Positions 24,981-37,406 of a DNA stretch of 64,000 bases are shown in pieces. Position 1 is the stretch's first letter. Each line of letters starts with the position of its first letter. Source of the DNA: Magallana gigas (Eukaryota); NCBI RefSeq assembly GCF_963853765.1, contig NC_088854.1, forward strand, positions 23,560,001 through 23,624,000, written 5' to 3'. Position numbers and translations under genes: made by a program. Under the pieces are notes generated by a model, which was given only the letters and a program-made list of their open reading frames with translations, searched no databases and had not been told where the DNA came from.

Positions 24981-27900
24981 ATGTGGCAGATAGTAGTTCC
25001 CGTACTCGTGTTCGGAGTGATCAACGCTGTGCAGTAAGTCATCTACAGCACGAATTCTTCTCAAATTCTGAACTAAATATCTCTCATAACTATTTTGACT
25101 ACACCTTGCCTTTGATCACTGTGGATATAAAGAATAACCGTAAATTAGTATCTGGAGGGGGGTTGGGGGGTTGGCATAGGTTCTTCTTTATCAGACGAAA
25201 GACCACAATGCACTGCGCGGGTTAAAGAAAGACTGAACTAATTAGGGAATTTTTGTAATATTAGCACGTTCTGTATTCACACAGGGTTTTTTACAATACA
25301 AAAGGGTGAGGCTTTTTGAAGTGATAATAAAAATGGATGCAAAAAACCAAAGCACATTAGGGATGAAAAGACATTCGCAGCTTAATTCTAGAATATGCTA
25401 TTCACAACTTACTTAAGGTGAATGGAATGTTTATCAGATTGCATTTGAAAAAAATGGTGTCTATAATACAGATTTTTTATTAATTTATTCTTTTCAAATA
25501 CAGTTGTTTTGTCAAATACAAGTATGTCGATAATAATCAGTCTTAGTATAATACACGTATACGACAAAGTCTTTTTTGCTAAAATATTTTGAAATATAAT
25601 TTTATTTTTCTAAGAGCCGAAAAAGTTAATTGCAATTTTACTGATTATTTCAGTAAGAGAACGCCAACGTTTTACCATCAAAATTTGTAAAGTTCTGGAA
25701 GTTTTAGAGACTTTGTCTCATGGACAATCGCCAGGGCTTTGATTTGAACCCATTGGGTGTATCTCGGCGTTCAAGGACTCTCTGCCCCTAAAAGACATTT
25801 GTCAACCGTTCCGGGGCACTAGAATCTACCAATGTTCTTTAACTGATATTGTCCAAGCTGATTCACGTCACTGCATCTTTGATAAAGGATCACGCAATAA
25901 AAAGAATTGAGAGCTCTAACATGATCGAGTGCCATTTTGTAGACGTGTCACAGTGCCGACATTTATAAGTAGTTAGTGACAAAGTTCTGTTTTTCATTGC
26001 AAATTAAGAGAGTAGAAAAACCTCATTAGATATACACGATGTGACACATAGAAGGAAACCATATAGCAAAACCGTTTAGGTCACCATGTTAACTACATGT
26101 AGAAAACACTTTTTTCATGTTTGGGAATTTTAATGAGACGTATAAAATATACATATCTGTTATCGTAGACTAGATGGAAAGGTATATATGAAACAGTTTT
26201 AATGATATCGCATCTGATTTGGTGTTATTTCATGTTGCAAAAATCTATCTAGAGGTGTCAACGGGGCAGAGATAGGAACACGACCCAACCGGCCAACCAA
26301 TGAACAGACAGCCATAGATCACGTGATACGTCTCCCCATTTCTATTGCAATATCTGGGCTCACAAACAGAAATAGGAAATTATGGCGTGCACTCTAGAGA
26401 TATCTTACTGCTGAATAGGCCTTGGACGTACCATCTATAACAGAATGCGATCTTGATTTTATTTTTTAAGTTTCAGTGATGTTCTGGTCTAACGGTGGTC
26501 GCCAAACTGTCATTGTGGCTAGCATGCATATGAATCGCATCTCAACCTAATCTTTTTTACAGACACCCTTCTTCGTGTATTTCAGGCCTAATCAATTAGA
26601 AACCAACAAAAAATAAACATTATATATTCCTATGGAACCCCCGCACCTCCCACCTTCTCCAATCTCCGCCCCTGACCTATTTGACCCATCATTCTTCCGC
26701 GTTTAATTAGGTTACCAACGAAATAAGGTGGCTTGTACACAGACCCTAATGTTCTTATCTGTATGGATATTATTGGGTCAGGTCCGTGTCCAATCTTTAT
26801 AAATACCTGTTGAGAGTGAAACTCGGTTCTACTCCGACTCAAAGCTATGGAAAAGTTTGTCGCATTCGTTTGCTTGCTAGGATTTGCTCTATCGGTGGTG
26901 TTAGTAAATTCTTTTTTCAATAACCAGTTAAGATGTACCTTTGACCATATATGATCATTTCATTAAAAAAACGCAGGATTTTTTTTTTACCTCCACAACA
27001 AGTGCTTGTTGTAATGTTTTATTTGTGTTCAGGTGGAAAACGGTCTGTTTAAATATTGAATCAGTTTCTTTTTGTTTTTTTTGCTTTTACATATTCATGG
27101 TTGAAAAACCTTTAAAACTTGTGCTGTTGGAGGCAATGACCTGGCCCTGGGGCCATAAAAGTTAGATGAGCTCACTTTTGATCTCAGTCTCACTTTTACG
27201 AAAGGAACATATAGTGGAAAAGTGAGACTGAGATCAAAAGTGAGCTCATCTAAGTTTTATGGCCCCGGGGCCAGTTTTTCAAATCACTACTTTATTATGT
27301 GAAAACCGTGCCTTACATAACATGATGCCGATGACCACTGATTTGCAGGGTGGACTTCCGTCCATACGACCACTCAGCCGAACTCCTCTTTAATGGATCC
27401 GACTTCAATCATGATGGCATCTTTTCCCGCGATGAATTAGAACAGGAATTCAAAAAATACGACGCTGACGGTGAGTGGGCTGGGCCTTTTGTTTTGGTAC
27501 TTTATTTTCTTACTTAATCACAAGAAATTTGGACTAAAACAGATCATACCGAACATGCTTGAATTTATTTTGGTTGTCATGACTGGGAGGCGGATTTTGG
27601 TATATACCGTACATATATGTACTTTTATTTCATTGATAACAACAGGTGATGGCCGTGTTTCCCGCCACGAGTACACCACCTACGTGACCACAACAACCCC
27701 CGAACTCCACGACTTTGCGCATGCTCTGTACGATGATTATGATGTAACTGGCGACCACCATCTTGATCATGTGGATTACGACCAATATTACGCCAAGCTT
27801 GACGCAGATGGTAGGTTTATTACGCGTCATATGTTCTTTAAGTTTAGAACGACCGTTTATCATAAAACTGTAAGCTTTGTGAAAAATGGTTGTCTTTTAC

Positions 27901-28281
27901 AAGGTTTAGGAAAGAGTATTTTAGAGGGAATTGATTTTCCTGTTCCGATATCAGTTTGATTAAATCGAACGCAAAAAAACAACTATAACACAATGTTCAT
28001 AAAAAGGGCCATTTTTATTCACCAACTGTTTCCTCAAATGAATTATTTCTTGTAGTTGATGGTTCAGTGACAAGAGCTGAATTCGTGGATTACTGGGTTA
28101 AAGTAAGTTTATTCGAACACGCATTGTATCTAATTTCATCCATCGAATCGTATCAGATATTCAATCTGTAATCATTATTCATGAATCAAAATGATTTCAC
28201 CATTCATGATCTTTTTCAAAAAAATTTCCACAGTTGTTCCAAGCCACAGAACACCTTCACGGCCACGGACACCACGGATAA
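24981..28281 (+). CDS. Secreted His-rich EF-hand protein, paralog 4
   Basis: Exons 24981-25033, 27349-27470, 27646-27810, 28056-28102, 28234-28281, with the same sizes as paralog 3 (53/122/165/47/48). MWQIVVPVLVFGVINAVQVDFRPYD..., end LFQATEHLHGHGHHG*. Confidence 0.92.
27141..27274. mobile_element. Near-perfect palindromic MITE in intron 1 of paralog 4
   Basis: ctggccctggggccataaaagttagatgagctcacttttgatctcagtctcactttt ... aaaagtgagactgagatcaaaagtgagctcatctaagttttatggccccggggccag; related to 1786-1921. Confidence 0.8.
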
Positions 28282-29197
28282 AAAATGAACCAATTCAATT
28301 GAAATAAATCATTCTTTAAAACTTGACTCCATCAACATTGATTTGTTTGGAGGGAAACCATTCTTTCTGTGTCATTAAAGTCAGAGGAAAACAATCCAGC
28401 TTTTACCCATCTTCTTTATTTAAATTGATTCGGAGAAAAACAAAAACACCCACATTTCTGTTGAATACCTACGCTTTTTTAAACTATAGGGGTGAATCTG
28501 GGTCTGATTTTGAGCTGCGTTAACTATCTCCTTGAAACGTAATATTTTTAAAAATGGGAAATATGAATTGGCAATATAACTATCGGATAGATAATCTTGT
28601 CAGAATCCTGACTACATAATGTCGCTGTAAAATTTGATTATTTTGATTTTATTCAAGTAAGCGTCTGTTAATCATATTGAATGATTCAGAGAGGGAAATT
28701 TCTTGCAACTATCGATATGCTTTTTTAAAAGTTCGTTTTGGTAGCTATTCAAATCGTGTTTGGAAGCTTTCCATTGGCAAAACTGTTCCCAATAAAGTAC
28801 AATGCAAATGAATTTTGTTTACAATAATTTCAATTTCTAAAAACATATTTTCTCGTGAATTCAAAAACGTGTCTTAATTGTATAATATGCTTGTTGGTAT
28901 GCCTTTGAAAGATAAATAATACAAGTTTTTAGAAATTATGATTTGGATAAAATGTATGCTTTAAAAAAAAATTCATGACGACAGAGCATAAGTTTTTAAA
29001 AATATTGTCAATATTATAAAGCATAAAATGCATTTGGTCTTCATCTATTTGAATATACATTTAAAAAAAAGAATGGAATAGGGATAAAAGACTACTAAAT
29101 AGTAAATTTTACGATTCCATCATCATTGCAAAACTTTAGTTTGAGTTACTACTAGTACATATGTTTGAAATTTTGAAACTATTTAGATCATTTCGCA

Positions 29198-30448
29198 CTA
29201 ACTAAAACAAAACATTGATTTAATCTCGTTTCGCAGTTTTTTGATACGAGAACAATATATAATAGGATTTAGAAGAGAGTTCAAATTGGCTGCAGCAAAA
29301 GAGCCAACAATGACGGACTGTGGACTGGAAAACATAAGGGAGACAATCATAGGACTTGAAAATAAAAACAGAGCCGCTAGGATCATGCTCACTAGTTTCA
29401 TGGACTTCATTATCCTCTTATTCCTCTTGTCCTCCAACTTTCTTGAATCGGAAGGTAATGTCATATTCGTGTAACGTTTTATCACTCGGTGGATTGCCAG
29501 AAAATAGAAAATCAAGGTTAGCAAAAGGAAGATGATTCCGAAAACACATATAGTGAAACGAACAACGAGGATGTGTTGGCCGTATACTGTCTTGTAGAAA
29601 CAGTGTGTGTAGTCGCCTTCTGGGGAAACGGTGGAGGAGTACAGAATGAAGAACGTCATCCATCCACCTATGTAGAGGTAATACTTCCGATTGTCGTCAA
29701 ACAAGCGACCCGCCCAGGAACTCTCGGAGAGAACGAGATATCGGTGGAGACTAATACAAAATGTTTGATAGAGTGACATTATCAAACTTGAAATAAATAC
29801 GACATTCACTACAATACACCAGCCTAACATCGTAGTTAGTGTGGGGAACAAAAGCCGAAACCCAATCATCAACATACTCAAACCCATCAGGAAGTCGCTG
29901 GAAGATAGTCCCAAGACAAGGTTGTAATTAGTATTCTCTCGTAACTTTCGGTTCCTCACGGACGCCGCTATCACCAAAATGTTTATCATTATGACAGCAA
30001 AGCCAACAATGACAGCAAACACAGATATTATTCGCGGGAAAGAAGAGGACTCGTTTGAGGAACTATTCCCCTGAAGAGGTGTCGAATTGAAGGATGAAAT
30101 CGTTTCCCCGGTTGTGTATTGTAAAAAGAACGATGAAGAAGTCGATGATTCGGAGAAAGTCGAGTCTGGTTCAGGAAAAACCCGCGATTTAGTGGAACTA
30201 TTGCAAAGGTCGGTGCTGTTAAAAGGCGTGGTGGTTATAGTTTTCTGAGTGTTTGTGGTACTCGGCTCCGACAAGTCCGTGACTGATTCTTGTGGCCACG
30301 GACGGGAGTCGGTCAGGGTTTGGTTTTGTGCTCCAGTGGTTGTTATTAGAGACGTTACAGGTGTTGATTCTTCTGTGTAAATGACAGAGAACAGCGAGCA
30401 CATTAAGAAGACTATCTTAAAAGTGTTCTCCTGGAATGCTTTTGCCAT
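29198..30448 (-). CDS. Intronless rhodopsin-like (class A) GPCR with signal peptide and Ser/Thr-rich ectodomain
   Basis: Open frame from ATG 30448 (MAKAFQENTFKIVFLMCSLFSVIYT). Seven hydrophobic segments, N1.50 (INILV), D2.50 (SDFLMG), HRY at the DRY position, NPIIY in TM7. Confidence 0.92.
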   Translation of the reverse strand: MAKAFQENTFKIVFLMCSLFSVIYTEESTPVTSLITTTGAQNQTLTDSRPWPQESVTDLSEPSTTNTQKTITTTPFNSTDLCNSSTKSRVFPEPDSTFSESSTSSSFFLQYTTGETISSFNSTPLQGNSSSNESSSFPRIISVFAVIVGFAVIMINILVIAASVRNRKLRENTNYNLVLGLSSSDFLMGLSMLMIGFRLLFPTLTTMLGWCIVVNVVFISSLIMSLYQTFCISLHRYLVLSESSWAGRLFDDNRKYYLYIGGWMTFFILYSSTVSPEGDYTHCFYKTVYGQHILVVRFTICVFGIIFLLLTLIFYFLAIHRVIKRYTNMTLPSDSRKLEDKRNKRIMKSMKLVSMILAALFLFSSPMIVSLMFSSPQSVIVGSFAAANLNSLLNPIIYCSRIKKLRNEIKSMFCFS

Positions 30449-30739
30449 CGCGTGGATCGTCTTTCGTCGATGAAATGGAATGACCCTTTGCTGCATTAAA
30501 AAAAAAATGTTTTCACCTTTTTTTTATTTCAATATTTGATAGATACCTGGTATATATCTATCATAAAAAATAACCATACATGTTATATGATCTCTGTTTT
30601 GGGGTACAAATTTTAAAAAATGCCATCTTTAGAGATAGAATTGGTTCTACTGTACAGTAAACCTTTGATGTTTATTTAACCTTAAAATAACTTTTGCTTT
30701 TATCTGACATGAAAATATCATGCATAATGGATTATATAA

Positions 30740-31280
30740 AACATAAATATTATACAAATATTGACTGGGGTTGAGGTCAACATTGATTATATTAGCCCCC
30801 GAGGGACGAAATATTGCCCGACGCGAAGCAAAAACTCGGTCAACATTTGTTTTGTTATATGAAGAAACAAACCAAAATTTAAGAAAGTAATTGAAAACAG
30901 ATCGTCGTAATTTTCTCAGCTCAACAAAGAATTCAAGAATTCAATATTGTGCAAAGTTCATTTCCAAAATATCCTCAGCATCAAACGGTCACTAGTGATA
31001 TTCCACCGCCCGTAAGAATTAACATACAGATGTTCTACCGATTTTACTTCACAATAATTCGCAAATCCTTATATCCGTTATCATAGCAAACCGTCGCATT
31101 GCGCGTCCGTTGTTTACTTGCCTTGACTGACTGTCTGTTATGACGTCACCTTGTGTTGGAGTCGCGAAGAGTTATTTACGTCATCGTTTACGAATCAACA
31201 AATCAAAAGCGATTAATTGAAATAGAGGGAATATTCTCTAGATATTCTCTAGATATTATTCCTAGCCGGTCAATATTAAA
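30740..31280. mobile_element. Non-autonomous repeat with subterminal inverted motif
   Basis: aatattgactgg (~30760) and ccggtcaatatt (~31267) are inverted; internal cccgacgcgaagc motif. Boundaries approximate. Confidence 0.4.
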
Positions 31281-31427
31281 ACAAGTTGCTGTCCTTTAAA
31301 AAAGGACTACAATACGTGGACCACTTGTATGTGTTTCCAACGAAAAAGTGAAAGCCTTAAGATTATCAAAGATTCCACCGACTCTAGCCCTCTGCTTTTA
31401 ACCACTAAATTTGTACGTTGTATTACG

Positions 31428-32483
31428 CAGAGGCGGATCCAGCAATTTTGAAAAGGGGGGGGGGGGGGTTCCAATTGATGAAAATCAATACATGCAAAAT
31501 ACATTATTTGTCAATAAACAAGGCCTTTTGAACGTTTTCCGTGCGTAAATTTAATGAACATTTATCTCATCAATATCTATTTCACATCTATTTTAATATC
31601 GGAGTGCACTGCATTATTGAGAGTTTTGGTTTAGGTAAGGAAGATTTGCATAATTTCGAGCCTTTAAAAAAAAACCCAAGTTTCCAGCAATGAGAACGTG
31701 CGTCTATGCTATAAAGGTCTAAATGATAGGATATGACAAAAATGGGGATAGTTTATCTGCTGAATAGATGGAACATGTGAAATACAATTGTACAAGCAAT
31801 AGTCGTCCCAGGGAACTTGATGTGACCTCTGTATAATGGGTGCGCCACATCACCCGGCACTTGTACAGATGCGATCTTATTCAGGAAAGTTTTGAAAAGT
31901 TGTGCATTTTCATAATGGTTTATATATAAACCCCTTACACGGTATTTTGTAACATAATTTCCGATTCTTGGAAAAAAAACAAAAAAGGGCTTTCTTTTGT
32001 GTTTCATGTGGGTATGAAGGTACGGTATAGCTAGCATTCCAGAAAAATAGCATAACTTGCATAAAATTAGCTGTAATCCATTTTTTAAAGAAATAGAGTA
32101 GACAATACATTGTAGATGTTAGAGATGTTATTATAAATCTGTGTTTTTAGCGACACTGCTTAGTTAATTTTTTTTAAATTTTCCACATGTTTACTCAAAG
32201 ATGTGAGCACTGGATGCTGATGGGGAGTGCCTTTTTCGATAAAAAAAAATTCGTTAGGGTTTTTTCATATAAGAAATACATGTACATGTAAATTACGGTG
32301 CGTTGTAAAAAATTCTTTAAATTAGCAATTTTAAAAGCATTTACTTGAAATAATTACAGTATTTATATTATAAATGGGGACAATTGCCTTTAAATAGGCA
32401 TTACAAGTTTTCAAAAAAATTTATATGTCCCAGAGAAAGAGGGGGTTCCGACCCCCGGAACCCCCCCTCTGGATCCGCCAATG
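31428..32483. mobile_element. hAT-like non-autonomous element
   Basis: Ends CAGAGGCGGATCCAG / CTGGATCCGCCAATG; 8-bp duplication GTATTACG at 31420-31427 and 32484-32491. Confidence 0.8.
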
Positions 32484-33781
32484 GTATTACGTATACATAT
32501 ATGTATAGCCCTGACTTTTTATCTCAGAATTTAAAGGATTCATACTCCTAAAATAATTATGATCTATCTATGAATGAAGTTTGCATGTACAGTATCAGGC
32601 ATTCGGTGAATTCTACTATTTGCGCACACATTACGATTCGCACTACTTTGTTAACTATGCAGTGACAGCTTTGTGTAAATTAAAAATTTCATATTCATAT
32701 AAAATTTTTCTTGAGATTTAAACTTTTATACAGTGACATAATTATTCAATCATACTTAAATGCTTAAAATATTTAATCGGGAAGTTACTATAAAAGTAAA
32801 GTTAAGTTACTTGTGTATTCTGAAAACAACATAACATTGCAAATTATGCTATTTGATGCATGTTGTAGTTTCGGCATAACATTAACTTATTTCATAATAC
32901 TGAAACCGAGCGCAGCGAGAGGGGGGCGAAGCCCGCCTCGCGAAGCGAGGATTAATGGTAACACGTATATATAAAAAAAATCAGTGAAAAATGAAAGTTG
33001 AATCAGGGGTACTAAGGCCAAAAAAAAATTCTTCCAGCCCTGGGTGCCGCCATCTTGGCAGCCATTTTGTTTTTAAAAAGTTAGTTCGATCATTGATTTA
33101 TCAGTACTTATCGATGTTTGTTGCCCCTAAACTCGATTAAATAAGTTCCAGTGTTTCAATAGAAGGTAATTCGAATTAAAAGAAATTAAAAAGGAAACCA
33201 GATAGTTTTCAATAGTGCTTCAATCAAGAAACACGACATGTTCTATGTATGTGTTATCAAATTATCAGATGGAAAATAAAAACATTAAGGTCAAGGAACT
33301 GATCTTTTAGAAGCCGAATAAAGTATTTAATTTTATTACAGCGGCATTCATATGAATTAAATTGATAAACAATGAAAGAAGAAATAAAAAAATAGTTCGG
33401 AATAACGTTACTCTCTTCGGCTATTTCCGAAGACAAAACTTGAACGTTTTACGTCTGAAATATGACGTCACAATGTTGATTGAGCACGCGACGTTTAGTA
33501 AAACTTTGGCTAATGATTTGAGTAGGCAACCAGGCGGATCCTACTGTGTGCGTTTCAAATAAATTTTATTTTACAAAAATCAAACTGCACTGTGTTAAAT
33601 CTGCGCTCGGTCCAACGGTCACACCGTTTACATATTAGTTCATATCACATGCCAATCATTTTTTAAAAGGAATACTTTGTTTCTACTGTTTACCGACAAC
33701 TTTACAATTACAGCGCCTTTAAACTTATGTGTGCATATGGCACGGAATCCCGATCCCGATTCAGATAAACGTGTGCTAGCC

Positions 33782-34389
33782 TAGTCTCGTTCAACCAGAC
33801 GCTCGGCTGTCTCCGTAAATCTCCGACGAGCAGAGAGTCTGGTAAAGCGTCACGTTATTGTTTGTAACGCCAAAACGAGGCTTACCAAAATCCTGGTATT
33901 GAATTTGATTGGTTGAAAGAAACACACCTCCTATAACATGTAAACAATGACAGAAGCAAACGATTTTGCCGTTTAAACTGAAAGATCTACGACTGGAAAG
34001 TTTAAAAACGGTTATAAATGGAAATGATTTATTTGCAGTGTTACCATACGGGATAGGGTAAAACCAATAATTAATCTATTTTAAAGCTGTCAAGGTTGTA
34101 AACAAACATTCACCGCTTCGTCGAACTTAAGTTCAGCCATGTTTAATGAGTCTATGGAAAGCGAGACTATAGTATAAGACTAAATTGACGTAAGTTCCAT
34201 AATTTTCACGGCAAGAAAATAAAAATCTGTATATCACACATATCTTTAACCGGCACACATTGACAACGATTCAAAATGAAACTAAATCAGCGCCCCCTAT
34301 CGGTAGCGGTTATCAACGTGACGCTTTACCAGACTCTCTGCTCGTCGGAGATTTACGGAGACAGCCGAGCGTCTGGTTGAACGAGACTA
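33782..34389. mobile_element. MITE with perfect 75-bp TIRs and 9-bp TSD (AcademH-like termini)
   Basis: TIR 33782-33856 is the exact reverse complement of 34315-34389 (TAGTCTCGTTCAACCAGACG...). GTGCTAGCC flanks both ends. Confidence 0.85.
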
Positions 34390-35181
34390 GTGCTAGCCTG
34401 GTTCCCTGAGCTACCCATTACGCACAGGAACAAGGCTAGCTCATGCGCAGGCTGAATTTTCCCCATAGCATCCGGTTTAACCTCGCTTATATATATTTTC
34501 TGCGTGGACCTCAGGATCCACGCAAAAATATCGACCAGTCAATATATTTTGGACGAGCTAATATTACAATTATTGACTATTCGTCTATATTATTACTTAT
34601 AAGGTTAGTTACTGACTCACTACGGAAATATATTGGGTTCCTCAATCTCATAGATGGCGAGGCGAAGTGTTTTGTTTTCCCGAGGACTATCAAGCGACAT
34701 ATTCATTCACAAATAGTGGTGATCTACGCAAAGCCATGTACAAGATGCCTTACATCTCGTCCAATTAAACTTATTAAAACTCTTTAAAAGTATCAATACC
34801 ACCTTTCAAAGACGCTTTAAAAATCTTCGCTTCACCCATATTAATTATAATTCAATTTTAAACCTCCGCAAATTTCGACGCTGCCATTTTGTTCTGCTCC
34901 AGACACAACAATGTGACGTCAATATTCAAAGGGCAACTACTCTCATTTAAAAATAATTCCAAAGGGCAACTACTCTAAATATTTTAAGGACTATTTTCGC
35001 GGCGGAGAGTTGGTGCGAGTTGGCATTTACATTCGCCGCGCTATTACTTAAACAATAAAATGCTTTCTTTGGTGATTCATTTGGGATAAGAAGGTTGCGA
35101 CATTGCAAAAATCAAAGTACTGAAGTACTGAAAGCCGGGCTCTTTTGGTGTGTCTTTATGCATATTGTGGAGTAAAGACTG

Positions 35182-35185
<4 letters not shown>

Positions 35186-35250
<65 letters not shown>
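35186..35250. repeat. (TC)n microsatellite
   Basis: Uninterrupted TC run. Confidence 0.98.
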
Positions 35251-35253
<3 letters not shown>

Positions 35254-35762
35254 GTATGTGTCCAAAATGCATAGTCTGTTTTTAAAACACGTTATTATAG
35301 TCTGTCCCAAGATATTTATGCAGCACATTTGGACGATTTTTGATAAAAATACACATACCTGTGAAAGAAGTGCAATTGAAATAGTTGAAAGGGATATTTT
35401 CCAAGATAATTTCATTGACACATTATCATCTTTCACTCGGAAAAATTCACAGGATCAAAAACAGATTCCTTACGGAGATTTATAATGGGGAATGTTTACG
35501 TCTTTTCTCCATTCGGATAACACTCGGAATGCATCGCGCAATTTTTTAACGTTATCATCCGGGCTTGCTGCAATACAAAATCTCCGTAGACATCACATTT
35601 TTTAGCATTGTATTGAAACCTGATAAGCTAACAGGGGCGTTTCGAGTAAGAAATCTTGGAAATTTTTCATACTTTTGAATGAACATCGTTTGAACCCTGA
35701 GATATTTATGAATATCAAACAATTAAGCCAAATGTAAATCCAAAATATCTTGGGACAGAGTA

Positions 35763-35985
35763 TACTGTGAAATCATTAGATTTCGTGGTGGCTTATTTTT
35801 CGTGGAATTCGTGGGTACCTCTCATCCACGAAATAACATCCTTCACGAATTGACGAATTAGGGTAATAAAGTCATATTCCCTTTTGTAGATATATATGAA
35901 TACACGAAATTACGTCCCCACGAACCTGTAAAATTTAAGTCATCCACGAAAATTGGCCCCCACGAAATTTAATGATTCCACAGTA
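35763..35985. mobile_element. Tc1/mariner-like MITE (related copy 61913-62118)
   Basis: Ends tactgtgaaatcatta / taatgattccacagta, repeated ttcgtg(g)/ccacgaa motifs, TA termini. Confidence 0.7.
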
Positions 35986-35997
35986 GTAACAAAACTA

Positions 35998-36835
35998 AAC
36001 AAGAATAGAATTCCTGGGTCCCCCGCCGGTCAAGCAGTATACTAGTATCAAGTTTATCGACCAAGGCTGATTTAGGAACTTGACCAAGGTATTAGTGGTA
36101 TAAACATTTGGTATAAATTTAATGAAAATCCGTCAAAATTTGTAGACATGAGAGCGCTTACAAGGTCAACTTTTGGATAAAACGGAGTCATTATTATGGT
36201 CAAAGTCCCATAACTCCAACAAAAAGTATCGACCAATGCTGATTTACGAACTTGACCAAAGTATTAGTGGTATAAACATTTGGTATAAATTTAATGAAAA
36301 TCCGTCAAAATGTGTAGGCATGAGAGCGCTTACAAGGTCAATTTTTGGATAAAACGGAGTCATTATTGTGGTCAAAGTCCCATAACTCCAACAAAAAGTA
36401 TCGACCAATGCTGATTTCCGAACTTGACCAAAGTATTAGTGGTATAAACATTTGGTACATGTATAAATTTAATGAAAATCCGTCAAAATTTGTAGGCATG
36501 AGAGCGCTTACAAGGTCAATTTTTGGATAAAACAGAGTCATTATTGTGGTCAAAGTCCCATAACTCGAGCAAAAAGTATCGACCAATGCTGATTTGCGAA
36601 CTTGACCAAGGTAATAGTGGTATAAACATTTGGTATAAATTTAATGAAAATCCGTCAAAATTTGTAGGCATGAGAGCGCTTACAAAAAAGTGTGACGGAC
36701 GGACGCACGGACACACGGACGCACGGACACACGGACCCACGGACACACAGACCCATGGACACACGGACCCATGGACACACGGACGGACGCCCGGCATTTC
36801 TATGTCCCCGCACCGCGTTGCAGCGGGGGACAAAA
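35998..36835 (+). mobile_element. Helentron/HINE (pearl-like) element with ~172-bp internal tandem repeats
   Basis: aacttgacc recurs at 36077, 36249, 36421 and 36599. An (ACGG)-type microsatellite follows at ~36695-36790, then a terminal hairpin ccccgc..gcgggg and an A tract. Confidence 0.8.
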
Positions 36836-37023
36836 ATAGACAATTCTCTCGAAATTAAAAAAAAGAGACAAAATGCCAACACTTTTAACAAAACATGGCT
36901 CTTTGTATAACTATTTGGTATAGCGGAAGCTTTTACTTTGACGCTGTTTGTTAGGTTTTTGTTTTTTGTTTACTTTTGAATTTGTGCTTTTTATAGTAAC
37001 ATTGGCGATTTGCCTGTCTACAG

Positions 37024-37406
37024 CCAGGGCTTCGTTCAAGATCGTAGCAGCTAGCCTAGCCGCTAGGTCGTATATATCTAGGTCTATTGAACGGACCACT
37101 AGGTTAGCCGCTAGGTATCAGATTTGAAGTTGGAAATATTCGACTAAAGACTCATTACATTGACATAATTTGTTAATTTCAAGCGGAATATACATGTTAA
37201 AATTCATTATAACTTAAAGGATGAACAAAATATCACTTACTTTATAGATTTCAAGTTTGTTACAAAGTGATAACCAAGGTGACCATCTTGAATTTGATAC
37301 TTAGCATAAAATATTTAGGCTACGAATATCTACCTAGCGGCTAGGCTAGCCTACCGTTCAACTACGTAGCCCTACGTTACAGCTACGATCTTGAACGCAA
37401 CCCAGG
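37024..37406. mobile_element. Inverted-repeat MITE
   Basis: ccagggcttcgttcaagatcgtagc pairs with gctacgatcttgaacgcaacccagg; inner gctagcctagccgctagg / cctagcggctaggctagc also inverted. No clear TSD. Confidence 0.65.

Noticed and set aside
26630-26920. 96-aa minus-strand ORF in the paralog 4 intron
   Set aside because: No recognisable motif or splice support.
27471-27959. 162-aa ORF as a stand-alone gene
   Set aside because: It is exon 3 of EF-hand paralog 4 plus intron read-through.
30449-30496. N-terminal extension of the GPCR ORF
   Set aside because: It relies on a non-ATG start; the ATG at 30448 gives a signal-peptide-like N-terminus.
35077-35436. ORFs containing ERERER runs (also 63364-63552)
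   Set aside because: They are translations of (GA)n/(TC)n microsatellites.
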